Source of the DNA: Candidatus Acidiferrales bacterium
Lineage (GTDB): Bacteria > Acidobacteriota > Terriglobia > Acidiferrales > UBA7541
DNA: 64,000 nt
Assembly: GCA_035277685.1 (NCBI GenBank)
Contig: DATEKA010000141.1
Coordinates: 2,280 to 66,279, forward strand
Direction of reading: 5' to 3'
Positions within the stretch are counted from its first letter, which is position 1, and each line of letters starts with the position of its first letter. This document shows positions 9,469 through 18,735 of the stretch, in pieces. The translations under genes were made by a program, and so were the position numbers. The notes beneath the pieces were generated by a model. It was not told the DNA's origin. It searched no databases and worked only from the letters and a program-made list of their open reading frames with translations.

Positions 9469-11853
9469 TCAAAACGAGGTGAGAGCGAGAAACAAGTTGG
9501 CGAAGCCGTTGGTGTCGTTGGCGATGAGGTTGTTGGCGGAAGAAATGAACGCGACAACGTGGGCGGTGCCGCTGATTGCGGGCACGAGGCTATCGCCGTT
9601 GGCGGGTGGCGGAGAGGTTCCAGCCGGCTGGCTGGCCAGGGCCGTCGCGGGGGTGCAACTCGCGGTGGTACTCGAGAAACCGATGCACATTTTTCGAACG
9701 AAGATATTCTCGACTCCATTCGCGGTATTCGAACCCAGATTCGAGGCCCGCGAAGCAAATGCGACGAATTCGCCGGCAGTGGAGGACGACGTTGTCGAGC
9801 TACTGCCCAGGCTGATCGTCGGGTATTCACTTGCGGCATTGCCGGGAGTCGCCCCGTCTGGAGTGGAGATCAGGGCCGGCCCCGGAACACAGCCGCTCGC
9901 TGCATTGAGACACGTGTCGTACAAATAGGCCTGTTGCACGGGCCCCGCGCCGGTCAGCAGATTTGTGGCGGTGGACGCGAAGACGATAAAACGCCCGCCA
10001 CTGGCAATCTTCGATTCGGAACTCGATCCGTTGGCGGGTGTGACGCCATCAGGCGTCGAGACCAGCTTTGTGATGGCAGCACAGGTGGAAGCGGTCGGCA
10101 GGCACGTGGTGCGAACGAAAATTTCCTGAGCGCCGCCGGGATTCGGGGCTGTAGCGCCCAGGTTTGAGGCAGAGGATGTGAAAGAGACGTACTGGCCGTT
10201 GCTGGAGACGTTGGGAGAGGAACTAGCGGCGTCGCCGGGAGTGGCGCCGTCGGGCGTTGAAACGAGATAGGTTGCCGGGGTGCAGCCGGAAGTCACACCG
10301 TTGCAGGTGTCACGCAGAAAAATTTGCGGCGTTTTCCCGTCAAGAGTGGCAAGTCCCGAGACCAGGTTCGTGGCAAGCGAAGTGAAGGCAACGTAGCGGC
10401 CATCCGGGCTGATAGACGGATTGTAGCTGTCGCCGTTGCCGGGAGTCACATTATCTGGAGAAAGGGAAACCAACTGACCAGCCGAGCAACTCGTCGCAAC
10501 GGCGGATGCCGCGCAGATGGGCATCCAGTACACCTGGCGGCTTCCGGGGGCCAGCGAAATTCCGGCGACGAGGTTACTAGCGGTGGAGGTGAATGCGACA
10601 CGCGATGCCGCACTGTCCACTGAAGGCTCCGAACTGGAACCATTCGAGACCACCTTGTCGGGGCCGACGCTGACAACGGTAGTCGTCGGGGAGCAGGAAC
10701 CGCTGGCGACGCAGGTGGTTCGAGAGAAGATGTCGCTGCCCGTGTTTGCCTGATTCTTGATCAGATTGGTTGAAGTCGAGGCGTACACGACCACGGAACC
10801 ATCGGAACTGATAGAAGGCCCGGCGGTAGCCAGTGTCGGCGGACCTGATGAGCAGTTCGACCCACAGATCCCCTGATTGGCCTCGGAGCCGTCAAACGCG
10901 TAATCCAGGAGCACAGGCAAGCCATGGGTAAGCGTCGGATCAACAGCGTAGGTGAGTACGTTCGATGCGCCACCGCCAGGACCCGGATTGACTACCTGGA
11001 CCCGGCGAACTCCTCCGGAGGTGAAATCACCCGGGGACAACGTGGTGGCCAGCTGAGTGGAATTGCCAAAGAGCGTAGTAACGGGCGCGCCGTCGATTTG
11101 GATCTGCGACGTCGCCACGAAGCTCGAGCCGTTGACCTGGAGGTTTGTGTTGGCCGCGGTGCCCGCGGTAAAGGTGGCGGGCGCGAGAGAAGAGAGAGTA
11201 GGAACCGGGTTGGTCACGGCCAGGGACACCGGCGCGGACGTGCCCCCTGGGGAGTCCTGAGTCCCGACAGGGTTGACCACTTCGATTTGCAGGGTTCCGG
11301 CAGACACGACATCACTCGCGGGTATCTGCAGCTGAATGCTTGTCGGATTCAAGACGATGGCGGTGCGATCATCGCCGTTGACGGTGACCGTGGATGAGCC
11401 GACGAAATTCGTGCCGGTAATGAACAGCTCGAAATTTCCGCTTCCCGCAAGGACCGACGTGGGCGAAATAGCCGTGATCTGCGGAACCAGGGTTGGAGGC
11501 GGCGTAATGGTAAAGATGAGAGAGGCAGAGATGCCGCCGCCTGGCTGGGGAGTGAAGACCTGGATGGCGATGGAGCCGGGATTCGCGATCAGATTGGCGG
11601 GAACCTGGGCGCTGACTTCGTTGACGCTCGAGAAGTAAGTAATCAGAGGCGAGCCGTTCCAAGTCACCGTGGAGGCGGGGGTCAACTGGAACCCGGTGAC
11701 GGTGAGACTGAACAGCGAGCTGCCGGCCTGAACGTGGTCAGGGGCAAGCGATTTGATACGCGGGACCGGATAGTTGATGATTTGGTTGCAAGAGGACAGC
11801 AGAAGCGGAGTCGAAATCACCAGAGCGACCACCAGCCAGAACTTTCCCCGCAA
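9469..11853 (-). CDS. Secreted lipoprotein with N-terminal IPT/TIG repeats and a C-terminal PD40/TolB-like beta-propeller
   Basis: 794 aa. The signal peptide has a lipobox (LLLSSC). It has several IPT/TIG-like units (SLTVTGFQL...VTWNGSPL). About seven repeats resemble ISPDGRYVAFTSLATNLV, typical of PD40 blades. Confidence 0.75.
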   Translation of the reverse strand: MRGKFWLVVALVISTPLLLSSCNQIINYPVPRIKSLAPDHVQAGSSLFSLTVTGFQLTPASTVTWNGSPLITYFSSVNEVSAQVPANLIANPGSIAIQVFTPQPGGGISASLIFTITPPPTLVPQITAISPTSVLAGSGNFELFITGTNFVGSSTVTVNGDDRTAIVLNPTSIQLQIPASDVVSAGTLQIEVVNPVGTQDSPGGTSAPVSLAVTNPVPTLSSLAPATFTAGTAANTNLQVNGSSFVATSQIQIDGAPVTTLFGNSTQLATTLSPGDFTSGGVRRVQVVNPGPGGGASNVLTYAVDPTLTHGLPVLLDYAFDGSEANQGICGSNCSSGPPTLATAGPSISSDGSVVVYASTSTNLIKNQANTGSDIFSRTTCVASGSCSPTTTVVSVGPDKVVSNGSSSEPSVDSAASRVAFTSTASNLVAGISLAPGSRQVYWMPICAASAVATSCSAGQLVSLSPDNVTPGNGDSYNPSISPDGRYVAFTSLATNLVSGLATLDGKTPQIFLRDTCNGVTSGCTPATYLVSTPDGATPGDAASSSPNVSSNGQYVSFTSSASNLGATAPNPGGAQEIFVRTTCLPTASTCAAITKLVSTPDGVTPANGSSSESKIASGGRFIVFASTATNLLTGAGPVQQAYLYDTCLNAASGCVPGPALISTPDGATPGNAASEYPTISLGSSSTTSSSTAGEFVAFASRASNLGSNTANGVENIFVRKMCIGFSSTTASCTPATALASQPAGTSPPPANGDSLVPAISGTAHVVAFISSANNLIANDTNGFANLFLALTSF

Positions 11854-12065
11854 ATCTCACCCCTAAGTGTTTAGGTCGGCGCCAACGGCCAAAGCGCAAT
11901 CGTAGAGACTACTAGAGATGGCAGGCAGGGGCAATCGGATGCCTGGGCGCGCGACCGAGCGTTCTAAAAAAGGCAGCGCAGCAGGTTTTAACATGTCTTC
12001 GGCGGCGAGCATGATTTACTCTTACAGCGTGAAGAGCGAGGGTCCTAAACGTCTGGTTCGAAGTT

Positions 12066-13535
12066 ATGCGCTGTACCCTGATCCAACTCGGTCTGCGACT
12101 CGCCTGCCTGCTAACCATGTTTTTAACAGGGGGTTGGACGGGGATCTATGCCCAGGCCATTCAATCCCCCGCTTATTCCTTGCAATCACCGGCCGCCCAG
12201 CAAACCCCCGCTGAACAAGCGAGCACGGCAACGGAGTCTCCCAATCCCGGCGATGCATTGACGATGTTTCCCCACTCGGAGACAAGCCGCTATTGGATTT
12301 CGGGACAGGCGAACGTGGTTCTGCAATGGCACGGGGCGTTTCCGGCGAAATACAGCGGACCAAACAGCCTGCGGAGTCATGCCGAAAACGCGACGTCGAA
12401 AGTCTATACGCTCTACTTAGGCTATGAACTCACACCGACAACGGAAGTTTATCTGGACATGGAAAGCGCCGGAGGATATGGCATCAGCAATGCTTTGGGG
12501 GCCGCAGGTTTTACGAATCTGGACGTAGTGCGCGATCCCACGCTTGGCGCAGCGCCCTACGTCGCCCGCGCCATGATCCGGCAAGTGATTCCGCTATCAA
12601 ACGAACGAGCGTCCGAAGGACGCGGAGCAGAGACTTTCACGCTTGCCAACACGGTTCCGGTGCGGCGAATCGAAATTCGAGCCGGAAAATTCAGCATGGC
12701 GGACTTTTTCGACACCAACACGTATGGGTCCGACAGTCACTTGCAGTTTCTAAACTGGACTGTCGCCACCAACGGCGCATACGACTATGCGGCGAACACT
12801 CGGGGTTACACAGACGGCGTTATCGTGGAATTCGACGATCGCTGGTTCGCGGCAAGATTCGCCGAAACAATGATGCCGAAAGTAGCAAACGGAATCCATT
12901 TGGATGCAAACCTGGCGAGGTCGCGCGCGGAGAACCTCGAATTCGACTTTGGAGGAAATCGGATCGCGCATCGCGCCGGCACGCTGCGGATTCTCGGCTA
13001 CCTGAACCACGCGGACATGGGCAATTACGAACAGGCCATACAAGAGTACCTCCGGGGAGCCACACCGACCCCGGAGATAACCGCGACGAGACGAGAGGGC
13101 CGCCACAAATACGGATTCGGTTTGAATTTCGAGCAGGATATCGCGACCGACATCGGGTTGTTCGGCAGGCTTGGCTGGAGCGACGGCAGGAACGAGTCGT
13201 TCGCCTACACAGAAGTGGATCGAACAATAGAACTGGGAGGATTCGCGAAGGGAACGTTATGGAAGAGGCGAAATGACCGAGCGGGCGCGGCGTTCGTAGC
13301 GAACGGGATCGTGGCGGCGCATCAGGAGTATCTCGCGCTCGGCGGGCTGGGATTCCTGCTTGGCGATGGCAAGCTGACATATAGGCCAGAAGCAATCGTT
13401 GAGGGGTTTTATACGGCGCACCTGTGGCGTGGGCTGTTCGGTTCTTTCGATCTGCAACACCTCGAAAATCCCGGGTATAACGCGGACCGAGGGCCGGTTC
13501 TCGTGCCGGGACTGCGGCTCCACGTGGAGTTCTGA
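12066..13535 (+). CDS. OprB-family carbohydrate-selective porin-like outer-membrane protein
   Basis: 489 aa with a signal peptide ending GIYAQ. It shows the YWISGQANVVLQWHGAFPAKYSGPNSL motif, alternating beta-strand patterning and a C-terminal LRLHVEF. Confidence 0.65.
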   Translation: MRCTLIQLGLRLACLLTMFLTGGWTGIYAQAIQSPAYSLQSPAAQQTPAEQASTATESPNPGDALTMFPHSETSRYWISGQANVVLQWHGAFPAKYSGPNSLRSHAENATSKVYTLYLGYELTPTTEVYLDMESAGGYGISNALGAAGFTNLDVVRDPTLGAAPYVARAMIRQVIPLSNERASEGRGAETFTLANTVPVRRIEIRAGKFSMADFFDTNTYGSDSHLQFLNWTVATNGAYDYAANTRGYTDGVIVEFDDRWFAARFAETMMPKVANGIHLDANLARSRAENLEFDFGGNRIAHRAGTLRILGYLNHADMGNYEQAIQEYLRGATPTPEITATRREGRHKYGFGLNFEQDIATDIGLFGRLGWSDGRNESFAYTEVDRTIELGGFAKGTLWKRRNDRAGAAFVANGIVAAHQEYLALGGLGFLLGDGKLTYRPEAIVEGFYTAHLWRGLFGSFDLQHLENPGYNADRGPVLVPGLRLHVEF

Positions 13536-13541
13536 ACGCAA

Positions 13542-14636
13542 TTACGAGCGGCCAAAGAGGAAGTGCTTCAGCTTTCCCCAGAAGCCTGGCCGGGCACCCT
13601 CCATATCCGGCTGCTCTCCGTGCGCAGACTTGGATTTGACGCGGGAGCTCGCGCGCTGATCCATCGGCGGCGGGGCGACGTGCCCTGTGAATTGGAAATC
13701 GGGATCGACCTCGGCAGTCCTGATGAGAAGAATCATGTTCTCAGCCGGAAGGGGCGGCGGTGCGGGAGAGGCGGCGGAGAATGTAAGCGGCGGCACGTCA
13801 ATTTGGTAGGAGGGCGATGATTCGGGGGGAAGCGGAGGAGCGGCTTTCGTTTCCGGCTCGGTGGGGTGGGAGTCATTGGGGCGAGCGAGAATGCTGTACT
13901 CGAGGTCGGGCGGGGGCGGCTGGTCATCGCTCTTTGACTTTTCCGGCTCCGACGGTTGGGAGGAGGCGTCGGTTTGCGGCGGCGAGGTGAGAGCGAACTC
14001 AGGCCAAGGAGGCGTTGAAGGAGCTACGCGAGCCTCCTTGAGGACACACTCGCATTCCATATCGGCTCGAACCACCGGGACCAGCCTGCCCTGCGCGAAG
14101 AAGAATTGTCCGGCCTGGGGAACGACGATTTTGTCGTTCGAGAACTGGCTTTCGAGCAGAAGAGCGCCCGTGGAAGCACGAACGCAGAGAGAATCGTCGG
14201 GATCGAGACGGACGGTGATGTCGCGAGGAGCGCCATTGATGGCAAGAGGGGTTGCGAGAATTGTTGGTGTGAAGATGCGCAGATCGGTGGAGGCGGGTAG
14301 CTGGATGCGAACACGGCCGAAATCGAGAGCGAGAGTGGTGGAATCTCCGGACTGGAGAAGGGTGAGCTTGGCAGGCCCGCAGATGTCGATTTCGCCCCCT
14401 GAAACGAGCATCAGACGAGCCTGGCCGGATGGGACGTTAATTACACCGCCGTTGGGCACCGCAACAGTGGCACCGGGATTGGGGATGAGATTAACACCCG
14501 AAGAGCTGGAAGAAACCGTTACGGAGTCGCCCTCGATGTTGCCGACAGCGGCGGACGACTGCTGCGCATGAGCAGCCAAGCCGAGGAGCGAGGTCAGCAC
14601 GGAGGCGAGCAGCCCTGCCCGGCAGGTGACGCGCAT
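13542..14636 (-). CDS. Secreted hypothetical protein with a proline-rich C-terminal half
   Basis: The ORF runs to 14678, but ATG at 14636 gives a clean signal peptide (MRVTCRAGLLASVLTSLLGLAAHAQQ). A beta-rich N-domain is followed by a PPPPD...PPLPPESSP...PAPPPLP region. I recognised no family. Confidence 0.55.
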   Translation of the reverse strand: MRVTCRAGLLASVLTSLLGLAAHAQQSSAAVGNIEGDSVTVSSSSSGVNLIPNPGATVAVPNGGVINVPSGQARLMLVSGGEIDICGPAKLTLLQSGDSTTLALDFGRVRIQLPASTDLRIFTPTILATPLAINGAPRDITVRLDPDDSLCVRASTGALLLESQFSNDKIVVPQAGQFFFAQGRLVPVVRADMECECVLKEARVAPSTPPWPEFALTSPPQTDASSQPSEPEKSKSDDQPPPPDLEYSILARPNDSHPTEPETKAAPPLPPESSPSYQIDVPPLTFSAASPAPPPLPAENMILLIRTAEVDPDFQFTGHVAPPPMDQRASSRVKSKSAHGEQPDMEGARPGFWGKLKHFLFGRS

Positions 14637-14802
14637 AACCGCGCCGAAACGACGCTCGAATTGAGCAGCGGCGCTCACGGGGAGCCTATACTATACCGCA
14701 GTGGACCAGCGCTCGATATTGACAGGACTGGCGATTCGGGGGCGCGAAAACTTTTCTTCGCGGGACGGAACCGCCACTCCCAGACTCTCGCTGTGGCGCC
14801 GG

Positions 14803-15525
14803 ATGCAGATTCCGGTGATCGCCAGGGTGGTGTACTCGGCGGTTCGGCTGATCGGGCCCACGCTGCGTTTCGAGATCGTGGGCGTTCACAATGCGGTGCA
14901 AATCCGCGACCAGGGCGAGAAAGGAATCGGAGCGTTCTGGCACGGCTGCATCTTCCCCGCGGCGTGGTTCTGGCGGAATCGCGACATCGTGGTGATGAAC
15001 ACGGTGCATTTCGACGGTCAGTGGACCCGGCGCGTGATCGAGCGGCTCGGCTTCGGGACGGTGCAAGGAAGCTCGACGCGGGGCGGCGTGGAAGGGCTTG
15101 CGGGAATGTCGAAAAAACTGGAGGACGGGCATCACGTGGCTTTCACGATTGACGGACCACGCGGGCCGCGCTACGTGGCCAAACCCGGAGCGGTGATTCT
15201 GGCGCGCCGCACGGGCGCTCCCATTTCGGCATTCCACATTGCAGTGAAGAGGGGAATCACGTTCCACAGGGCGTGGGACTTGTTCCGGCTGCCATTCCCG
15301 TTTTCCCGCGCAGTAGTGTTCGTGGCTCCGCCCGTTCGCGTTCCAAGCGGCGCGGACGGCGAAATGATGAAGCGGAAACAAGAGGAATTGCAGAGGGCGT
15401 TGGACCGGGTGAGGGAGGCGGCGGAGTCGTGGTTCCAGTTATCGAAAGACGAGCGCGACGACTTATGGCACGAGTGGCGCGAGCAGGATGAGGATTTGAG
15501 AGACGCTGCGGCCGAGCCGGACTAG
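14803..15525 (+). CDS. DUF374 / lysophospholipid acyltransferase-like family protein
   Basis: Shows GAFWHGCIF...NTVHFDGQW..RVIERLGFGTVQGSSTRGG...HVAFTIDGPRGPRYVAKPGAVILARRTGAPI. The start is ambiguous: ATG 14803 is preferred over GTG 14701 because the latter leaves almost no divergent intergenic space. Confidence 0.7.
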   Translation: MQIPVIARVVYSAVRLIGPTLRFEIVGVHNAVQIRDQGEKGIGAFWHGCIFPAAWFWRNRDIVVMNTVHFDGQWTRRVIERLGFGTVQGSSTRGGVEGLAGMSKKLEDGHHVAFTIDGPRGPRYVAKPGAVILARRTGAPISAFHIAVKRGITFHRAWDLFRLPFPFSRAVVFVAPPVRVPSGADGEMMKRKQEELQRALDRVREAAESWFQLSKDERDDLWHEWREQDEDLRDAAAEPD

Positions 15526-16667
15526 CCGTCGCCGAGCGTGACCGGCACATTGATTTTGCGGGTGTTACGAACGACGGTGAGAACGACTTTTTCGCCGGGT
15601 CGCGCGCGATTGAGGAGGAGGTTCAAATCGGAGCGGCTGTTCACGTCTTCGCCATTTAAGGCGACGATGACGTCGCCGCCGATTTTGAGCTCGCGCAGGC
15701 CCGCGAGCACGACGCGATTGCCGCCACGAAGACCGGCGCTTGCCCCGGGACCGCCAGGGCTGACGCTTTCTATCAGTACGCCACGCTGCACGGGCAATCC
15801 GAGAGCTGAGGCGAGATCGGGCCATAGTGTGCGGCCTTCCGCTCCGAGGGTCGCTCGACGGACGCGGCCATGCTCGATGAGGTCCTGGGCAACGCGCTTG
15901 GCGGTGTTAATAGGAATGGCGAAGCCGATGCCGACGCTGCTTGCGCCCGTGGGCGAAAGAAGCGCGCTATTGATGCCGATGACCTGGCCGTGGGAATTCA
16001 GGAGCGGGCCGCCGGAATTGCCGCGATTGATGGCGGCGTCGGTTTGAATGGCTTCGTCAATGAAGGTGTTGTCGCCGGTCTGAACGGTGCGGCCGAGAGA
16101 GCTGACCACGCCTGTGGTTAGCGAATTCTGCAAGCCGAATGGATTGCCGATGGCGAGGACGCGCTGGCCAACCTGCAAGCTGCGTGAATCTCCCAGAGGA
16201 AGCGGCACGAGCTTGTGGCCTTTAGCGGTGATTTGTATAAGAGCTATGTCATTGACGGTGTCCGAGCCGATGAGGCGGGCCTTGTAGTTGCTGCGGTCGG
16301 AGAAGGTGACCTCGATGGTCTGCGCGCCCTGAACGACATGGAAATTTGTAAGAATATGGCCGTCGGAATCGATCAGGAAACCGGAGCCCGCGCCCTCGAC
16401 GGGGACAGGATTGAAAAAGAAATCGTACTCGACGGTTTTTGTGAGGATGTTGGCGACGGAAGGGGACGCTTGTCTGTAGATTCGGACGTTTTCGGCTTCG
16501 GCCGGATCGAGGGCAGCGGTTACATTCGTGTCCACCGGCGGCACGGCACTTACGGAGGAGGGCGTGCGATCACCGTAATGCGTGCCGGCCCAGTAGGCGC
16601 CGAGACCGATAATCAAGCCGACGGCGAGCCAGCGAAGCGTTCGCGCAGTCCTGGAGTGGCTGCTCAT
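15522..16667 (-). CDS. HtrA/DegP-family S1C serine protease with a PDZ domain
   Basis: Shows HILTNFHVV, DIALIQ and GNSGGPLLN (catalytic triad context) plus a C-terminal PDZ. It has an N-terminal TM anchor. The start is ATG 16667 or TTG 16733. Its stop overlaps the convergent DUF374 stop in a CTAG. Confidence 0.9.
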   Translation of the reverse strand: MSSHSRTARTLRWLAVGLIIGLGAYWAGTHYGDRTPSSVSAVPPVDTNVTAALDPAEAENVRIYRQASPSVANILTKTVEYDFFFNPVPVEGAGSGFLIDSDGHILTNFHVVQGAQTIEVTFSDRSNYKARLIGSDTVNDIALIQITAKGHKLVPLPLGDSRSLQVGQRVLAIGNPFGLQNSLTTGVVSSLGRTVQTGDNTFIDEAIQTDAAINRGNSGGPLLNSHGQVIGINSALLSPTGASSVGIGFAIPINTAKRVAQDLIEHGRVRRATLGAEGRTLWPDLASALGLPVQRGVLIESVSPGGPGASAGLRGGNRVVLAGLRELKIGGDVIVALNGEDVNSRSDLNLLLNRARPGEKVVLTVVRNTRKINVPVTLGDG

Positions 16668-16746
16668 CTGCAGTGACCATTCAAGAGCACGGGCCGGAGC
16701 GTGCCGGCCATATAGGCGCGGCCTCGAAAACAATTACGCACGGGCA

Positions 16747-17367
16747 TCAGGAAATGTTTCCACGAACCTCGGCCAGCTGATTCAGCCGGGCGATCAGGTT
16801 ATCGACTGCTTGCTGTGTTTGAGACAGAGACTTGGAGCAGTCAATGACATCGTCCGCCAGTTCGCGCTTATCGTCCATGGGCATTTGCGCGGAAATACGG
16901 GCTTGGGCCTGCTCCGGCGATAACCCCCGGCGCTCCAGGCGCTGAAGCTGCTGATCCGGGGGACACCAGCAGACAATGATGCGGTCGAGTTCCGTATGGT
17001 AGCCCGCCTCAAGAATAAGAGCGGCTTCCACGACGGCGAAGTGGGGACCGCCGGGACGGTCAAGGGCGTCGAACCATTTGCGGACGACATCCAGGATACG
17101 CGGATGGAGGATGGCATTGAGGCGCACTCGTTTGGCGGGGTCGGCGAAAATCACGGCAGCGAGCTTGGCGCGATCGATGGAGCCGCTGGAGGTGAGCGTT
17201 TCGCGACCGAACTCTCGCAGAACCTCGTTGTATGCCGGTTGACCGGGCTCAAGAAACCGATGGCCGATGGGATCCATTTCGAGCACGTCACATCCGCGGC
17301 TTCGCAGCATGGCGGCGACTGTGGATTTCCCCGAAGCGATGCCGCCGGTCAGGCCGACTCTCAGCAT
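16747..17367 (-). CDS. coaE: Dephospho-CoA kinase
   Basis: The sequence MLRVGLTGGIASGKSTVAAMLR (P-loop) has CoaE length and layout. Confidence 0.9.
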   Translation of the reverse strand: MLRVGLTGGIASGKSTVAAMLRSRGCDVLEMDPIGHRFLEPGQPAYNEVLREFGRETLTSSGSIDRAKLAAVIFADPAKRVRLNAILHPRILDVVRKWFDALDRPGGPHFAVVEAALILEAGYHTELDRIIVCWCPPDQQLQRLERRGLSPEQAQARISAQMPMDDKRELADDVIDCSKSLSQTQQAVDNLIARLNQLAEVRGNIS

Positions 17368-17372
17368 AGGGT

Positions 17373-18320
17373 TCAGCTGACAGACGCGCGGGCGACCGGA
17401 GTTCGAAGGCCACGGCGCAGCCGGGCAGCCTTTACGGTGTTGCTCATGAGCATGGCGATTGTGAGCGGCCCGACGCCGCCGGGAACGGGGGTAAAGGCGC
17501 CAGCGGTGTTGACGACGTCCGGATGGACGTCACCAACGAGGACTGAACGTTTAGCGCGGAATGTTTCGAGCTTTGTGGGGAAATTGGCGAAGATGCGCTC
17601 CGCCTCGATGGCGTCCGTGACCACGTTCTGGCCGACGTCGATGACGGTGGCGCCAGGACGGATGTAGCCGGAGGTGACCATTGCGGCGCGGCCCATGGCG
17701 GCGACGACGATATCAGCGCGGCGGACGGTGTCCTTCAGATCACGCGTCCTGGAGTGGCAAACGGTGACGGTGGCATTGGCGTGCATCAGCAGGATAGCCA
17801 TGGGCTTTCCGACGATGTCGCTGCGGCCCATTACGACTGCGTTGGCGCCTTCGAGTGGAATGTCGCTGCGGCGAAGAATTTCCATTACGCCCGCGGGCGT
17901 GCAGGCGACGAGATTCGGGCGTCCAGCAACGAGCTTGCCGACATTCATCGGGTGAAAGCCATCGACATCCTTGGCGGGATCAACGGCGTCGAGAATCTTT
18001 TTTGCGTCGATCTGATACGGTAAGGGCATCTGCACGAGGATGCCATCCACGTCGTCGCGACGGTTGAGGGCATCAACCGCGGCGAGCAAATCCTGAGTAG
18101 AAATCGAAGCCGGCGGGGTGAGCAGGAAACTGGCGAGGCCGAGTTTGCCGCAGGCGGCGATCTTGCTGTTTACGTAAAGCTTGGAGGCGGGATTGTCGCC
18201 AACCAGAACGGCAGCCAAACCGGGGCGTATTCCGGCGGCGGCGAGAGCGGCGATGTCAGCGGCCAACTCCGAGTAGATTTGGTCGCGGATTGCATTGCCG
18301 TCCAGAATGCGCGCGCCCAA
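17373..18320 (-). CDS. folD: Bifunctional methylenetetrahydrofolate dehydrogenase/cyclohydrolase
   Basis: Shows ILDGNAI...PGLAAVLVGDNPASKLYVNSK...DGILVQMPLP...DVDGFHP.N.G...PCTP.G...GRS.IVGKP...TVCHS..., the classic FolD pattern. TTG 18320 has AAGGAG 6 nt upstream, with an alternative ATG at 18362. The 591-aa track ORF extending to 19148 is an artefact. Confidence 0.9.
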   Translation of the reverse strand: MGARILDGNAIRDQIYSELAADIAALAAAGIRPGLAAVLVGDNPASKLYVNSKIAACGKLGLASFLLTPPASISTQDLLAAVDALNRRDDVDGILVQMPLPYQIDAKKILDAVDPAKDVDGFHPMNVGKLVAGRPNLVACTPAGVMEILRRSDIPLEGANAVVMGRSDIVGKPMAILLMHANATVTVCHSRTRDLKDTVRRADIVVAAMGRAAMVTSGYIRPGATVIDVGQNVVTDAIEAERIFANFPTKLETFRAKRSVLVGDVHPDVVNTAGAFTPVPGGVGPLTIAMLMSNTVKAARLRRGLRTPVARASVS

Positions 18321-18507
18321 GAGGAACTCCTTTTGGAAGATTTCGAGTGCTTGAAGACACATGATAGCACGCGCTATGCGCAGTTCGCGGCGACGGCGTA
18401 ACTCGAAAATATCACTTACCTGGAAAAGCTTGACAGGAGCCGCCGACATCTGCGTTATATAATATCGTTCGTTACCGAGATTGATCGCGAGGAAGGAGAT
18501 CACGCAC

Positions 18508-18735
18508 GTGCCCCGTTGTCCTGAATGCGACGCCGAAATCGACTTGGACGAAGATGAAGTGGAAGAAGGCGAAATCCTGAGCTGTCCCGAGTGCGATTCC
18601 GAGCTTGAAGTCACGCAGACCCATCCCGTGCACCTGATTCTCCTCTCCGACGAAGACGAGGAGGAAGACGAGGAAGAGGGAGACGGAGAGGAGTCGAAGG
18701 TGGAAGAAGAAGAGGAGGAGGAGGAAGAAGAGTGA
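18508..18735 (+). CDS. LysW-like zinc-ribbon protein with an unusually long poly-acidic tail
   Basis: VPRCPECDAEIDLDEDEVEEGEILSCPECDSELEV has the CPxC...CPxC ribbon and ELEV as in the amino-group carrier LysW. It is followed by about 35 residues that are almost all D/E and end in E10. GTG 18508 has GGAAGGAG 9 nt upstream, and the track start is TTG 18481. Confidence 0.6.
   Translation: MPRCPECDAEIDLDEDEVEEGEILSCPECDSELEVTQTHPVHLILLSDEDEEEDEEEGDGEESKVEEEEEEEEEE

Noticed and set aside
15522-15525. Convergent genes sharing overlapping stop codons (CTAG at 15522-15525, and a similar overlap at 19160-19163)
   Set aside because: The overlap is real in the sequence, but it is a common consequence of compact genomes. 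There is no evidence of regulatory significance.
18430-18463. Perfect TTGACA and TATAAT hexamers upstream of the LysW-like gene
   Set aside because: The spacer is 22 nt, far from the 16-18 nt optimum. A shifted -10 (TTATAT, 19 nt) is possible, but I cannot support a promoter call from sequence alone.
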